A stretch of 64,000 nt of DNA. It comes from Bugula neritina. Its lineage: Eukaryota > Animalia > Bryozoa. The position numbers and the translations under genes are program-made. Below, piece by piece: positions 62,901-64,000 of the stretch. Below the pieces are notes generated by a model, which saw only the letters and a list, made by a program, of their open reading frames with translations, had not been told where the DNA came from and did not search any database. The stretch lies in assembly GCA_964035545.1 (NCBI GenBank), contig OZ037769.1, forward strand, positions 14,600,633-14,664,632. Reading direction: 5' to 3'. The number at the start of each line of letters is the position of its first letter. Within the stretch, counting starts at the first letter, position 1.

Positions 62901-63700
62901 AACTTCTAATAAGACTATTTTTTTTAGGATTTACTAAAAGGACTTAAAAAGAGAATGTTAATATGCTGATATTTCAAAAATTATTATTTCTTAAGAGATA
63001 TTTATTTTTATTGATTTGCAAGAAAAAGCTGTATTCAATTTTATTTGAGGAAATTTATCAGCATGTTTTTCTATCAACTCATTTTTGTGGGAAGACTCCA
63101 GACTGGTGTATCTCCTCTGGCAGAGTAGTGAATACATATACCTTTTAGTCATACATCTTGTCTACCAGCAATTACTGGTCTACCCTCTTCCCACAATCTC
63201 CAATGCAGTTGCTTTCTATTTAAGGCCTGCTCTGTATACACATTCACGGCCTAATTACCATTTATTTAATATATATGGGCATGTATAAAATATTCAAAAT
63301 AGTATTCAATGCTAAATGCTATTTACTGCATAATATGTAATACGAAAGTTGATGAATATTTTAGGCATGCCAAATATAGTGGTACTATTGCTGTTAGTCC
63401 CAATTATATTTTAATAGTTCGTATTTTATTGAGATGAACATCATTAGGTTTGATGGTCTATAGCTTGTCCTTTAGATTTATCTTGACTTTGATTAAAGTT
63501 GGTCAACTTGCTATTATACACTGCAAGCTTTCATTCTCTCGAAATAAATAATATTGTATTTAAAACAAATTAAATTTGAATATACTGTGAGGGTCATATT
63601 ATGAGAATCTTTTCAATGCATGTGTTGTTCAATTCCCCACCTCATAACATATAAACATCTACAATACACTCTCAGATTATATTTCGCAGTAAGTTATTAT
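60000..63700 (-). pseudogene. Decayed unknown gene(s), copy 4
   Basis: Homologous to copies 1-3; the MKKVGIAAAAGLTVTVLGYAVYK segment lies at about 62660-62728. Confidence 0.5.
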
Positions 63701-63767
63701 ACTTTTTAAAAGTGCCACGTTTGTTGAATGTATATATATTATATATATGCAGGCCTTAAAACTTAAT

Positions 63768-64000
63768 TTGATCTTTTTATTTAACACATTATAGAAAATT
63801 GTAATTAAACAACAGATATTTTTTTATTTCATGTTTCCAGTGTAAGTTGCATTACTTGTTTTTTTTCCAGATATAAAATAGTTAAATATTAAAAAACCAA
63901 TTCTCTTCAAAATTTTTCCTCGATATGGTCAGTATCAGATTTAAAAAATATTTCTAATGCAAACATAACAATTAGCATACCATAGTTTGCAGTTTTGATT
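63768..64000. repeat. Start of a further duplicated copy of the 42980-43213 segment
   Basis: Near-identical to 42980-43213, so the duplicated array continues past the window edge. Confidence 0.85.

Noticed and set aside
45796-63288. Plus-strand ORFs (45796, 55819, 55901, 62963, 63085) as a repeated gene
   Set aside because: Frames and ends differ between copies. They are antisense to the more protein-like minus-strand relic.

Overview
AT-rich animal (probably invertebrate) genomic DNA; no prokaryotic features. About 16.8-64 kb is a head-to-tail cluster of nine paralogous C2H2 zinc-finger loci on the minus strand (here ZNF1-9). All nine share one gene model: a 13-nt coding mini-exon (ATG TCY ATY AGT G|gtgagt), an intron carrying an antisense tRNA-derived SINE, then one large exon. 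That exon encodes an acidic region with a SUMO consensus site, a conserved CxxC-x22-CxxC module and 1-16 TGEKPY-linked fingers. ZNF6-9 are open. ZNF1-5 are disrupted by two DNA-transposon insertions and by 2-bp and 8-bp insertions, most of which look like excision footprints. The cluster grew by roughly 9.5-10 kb tandem duplications that also copied a decayed unknown gene. The first 16.8 kb holds simple and low-complexity DNA, a decayed R4/Dong-clade retrotransposon in a TAA repeat, a palindromic MITE, a possible spliced BEL/Pao-derived relic and a faint CRE-like relic. All calls are by eye. Family assignments are recalled motif matches, not database results.
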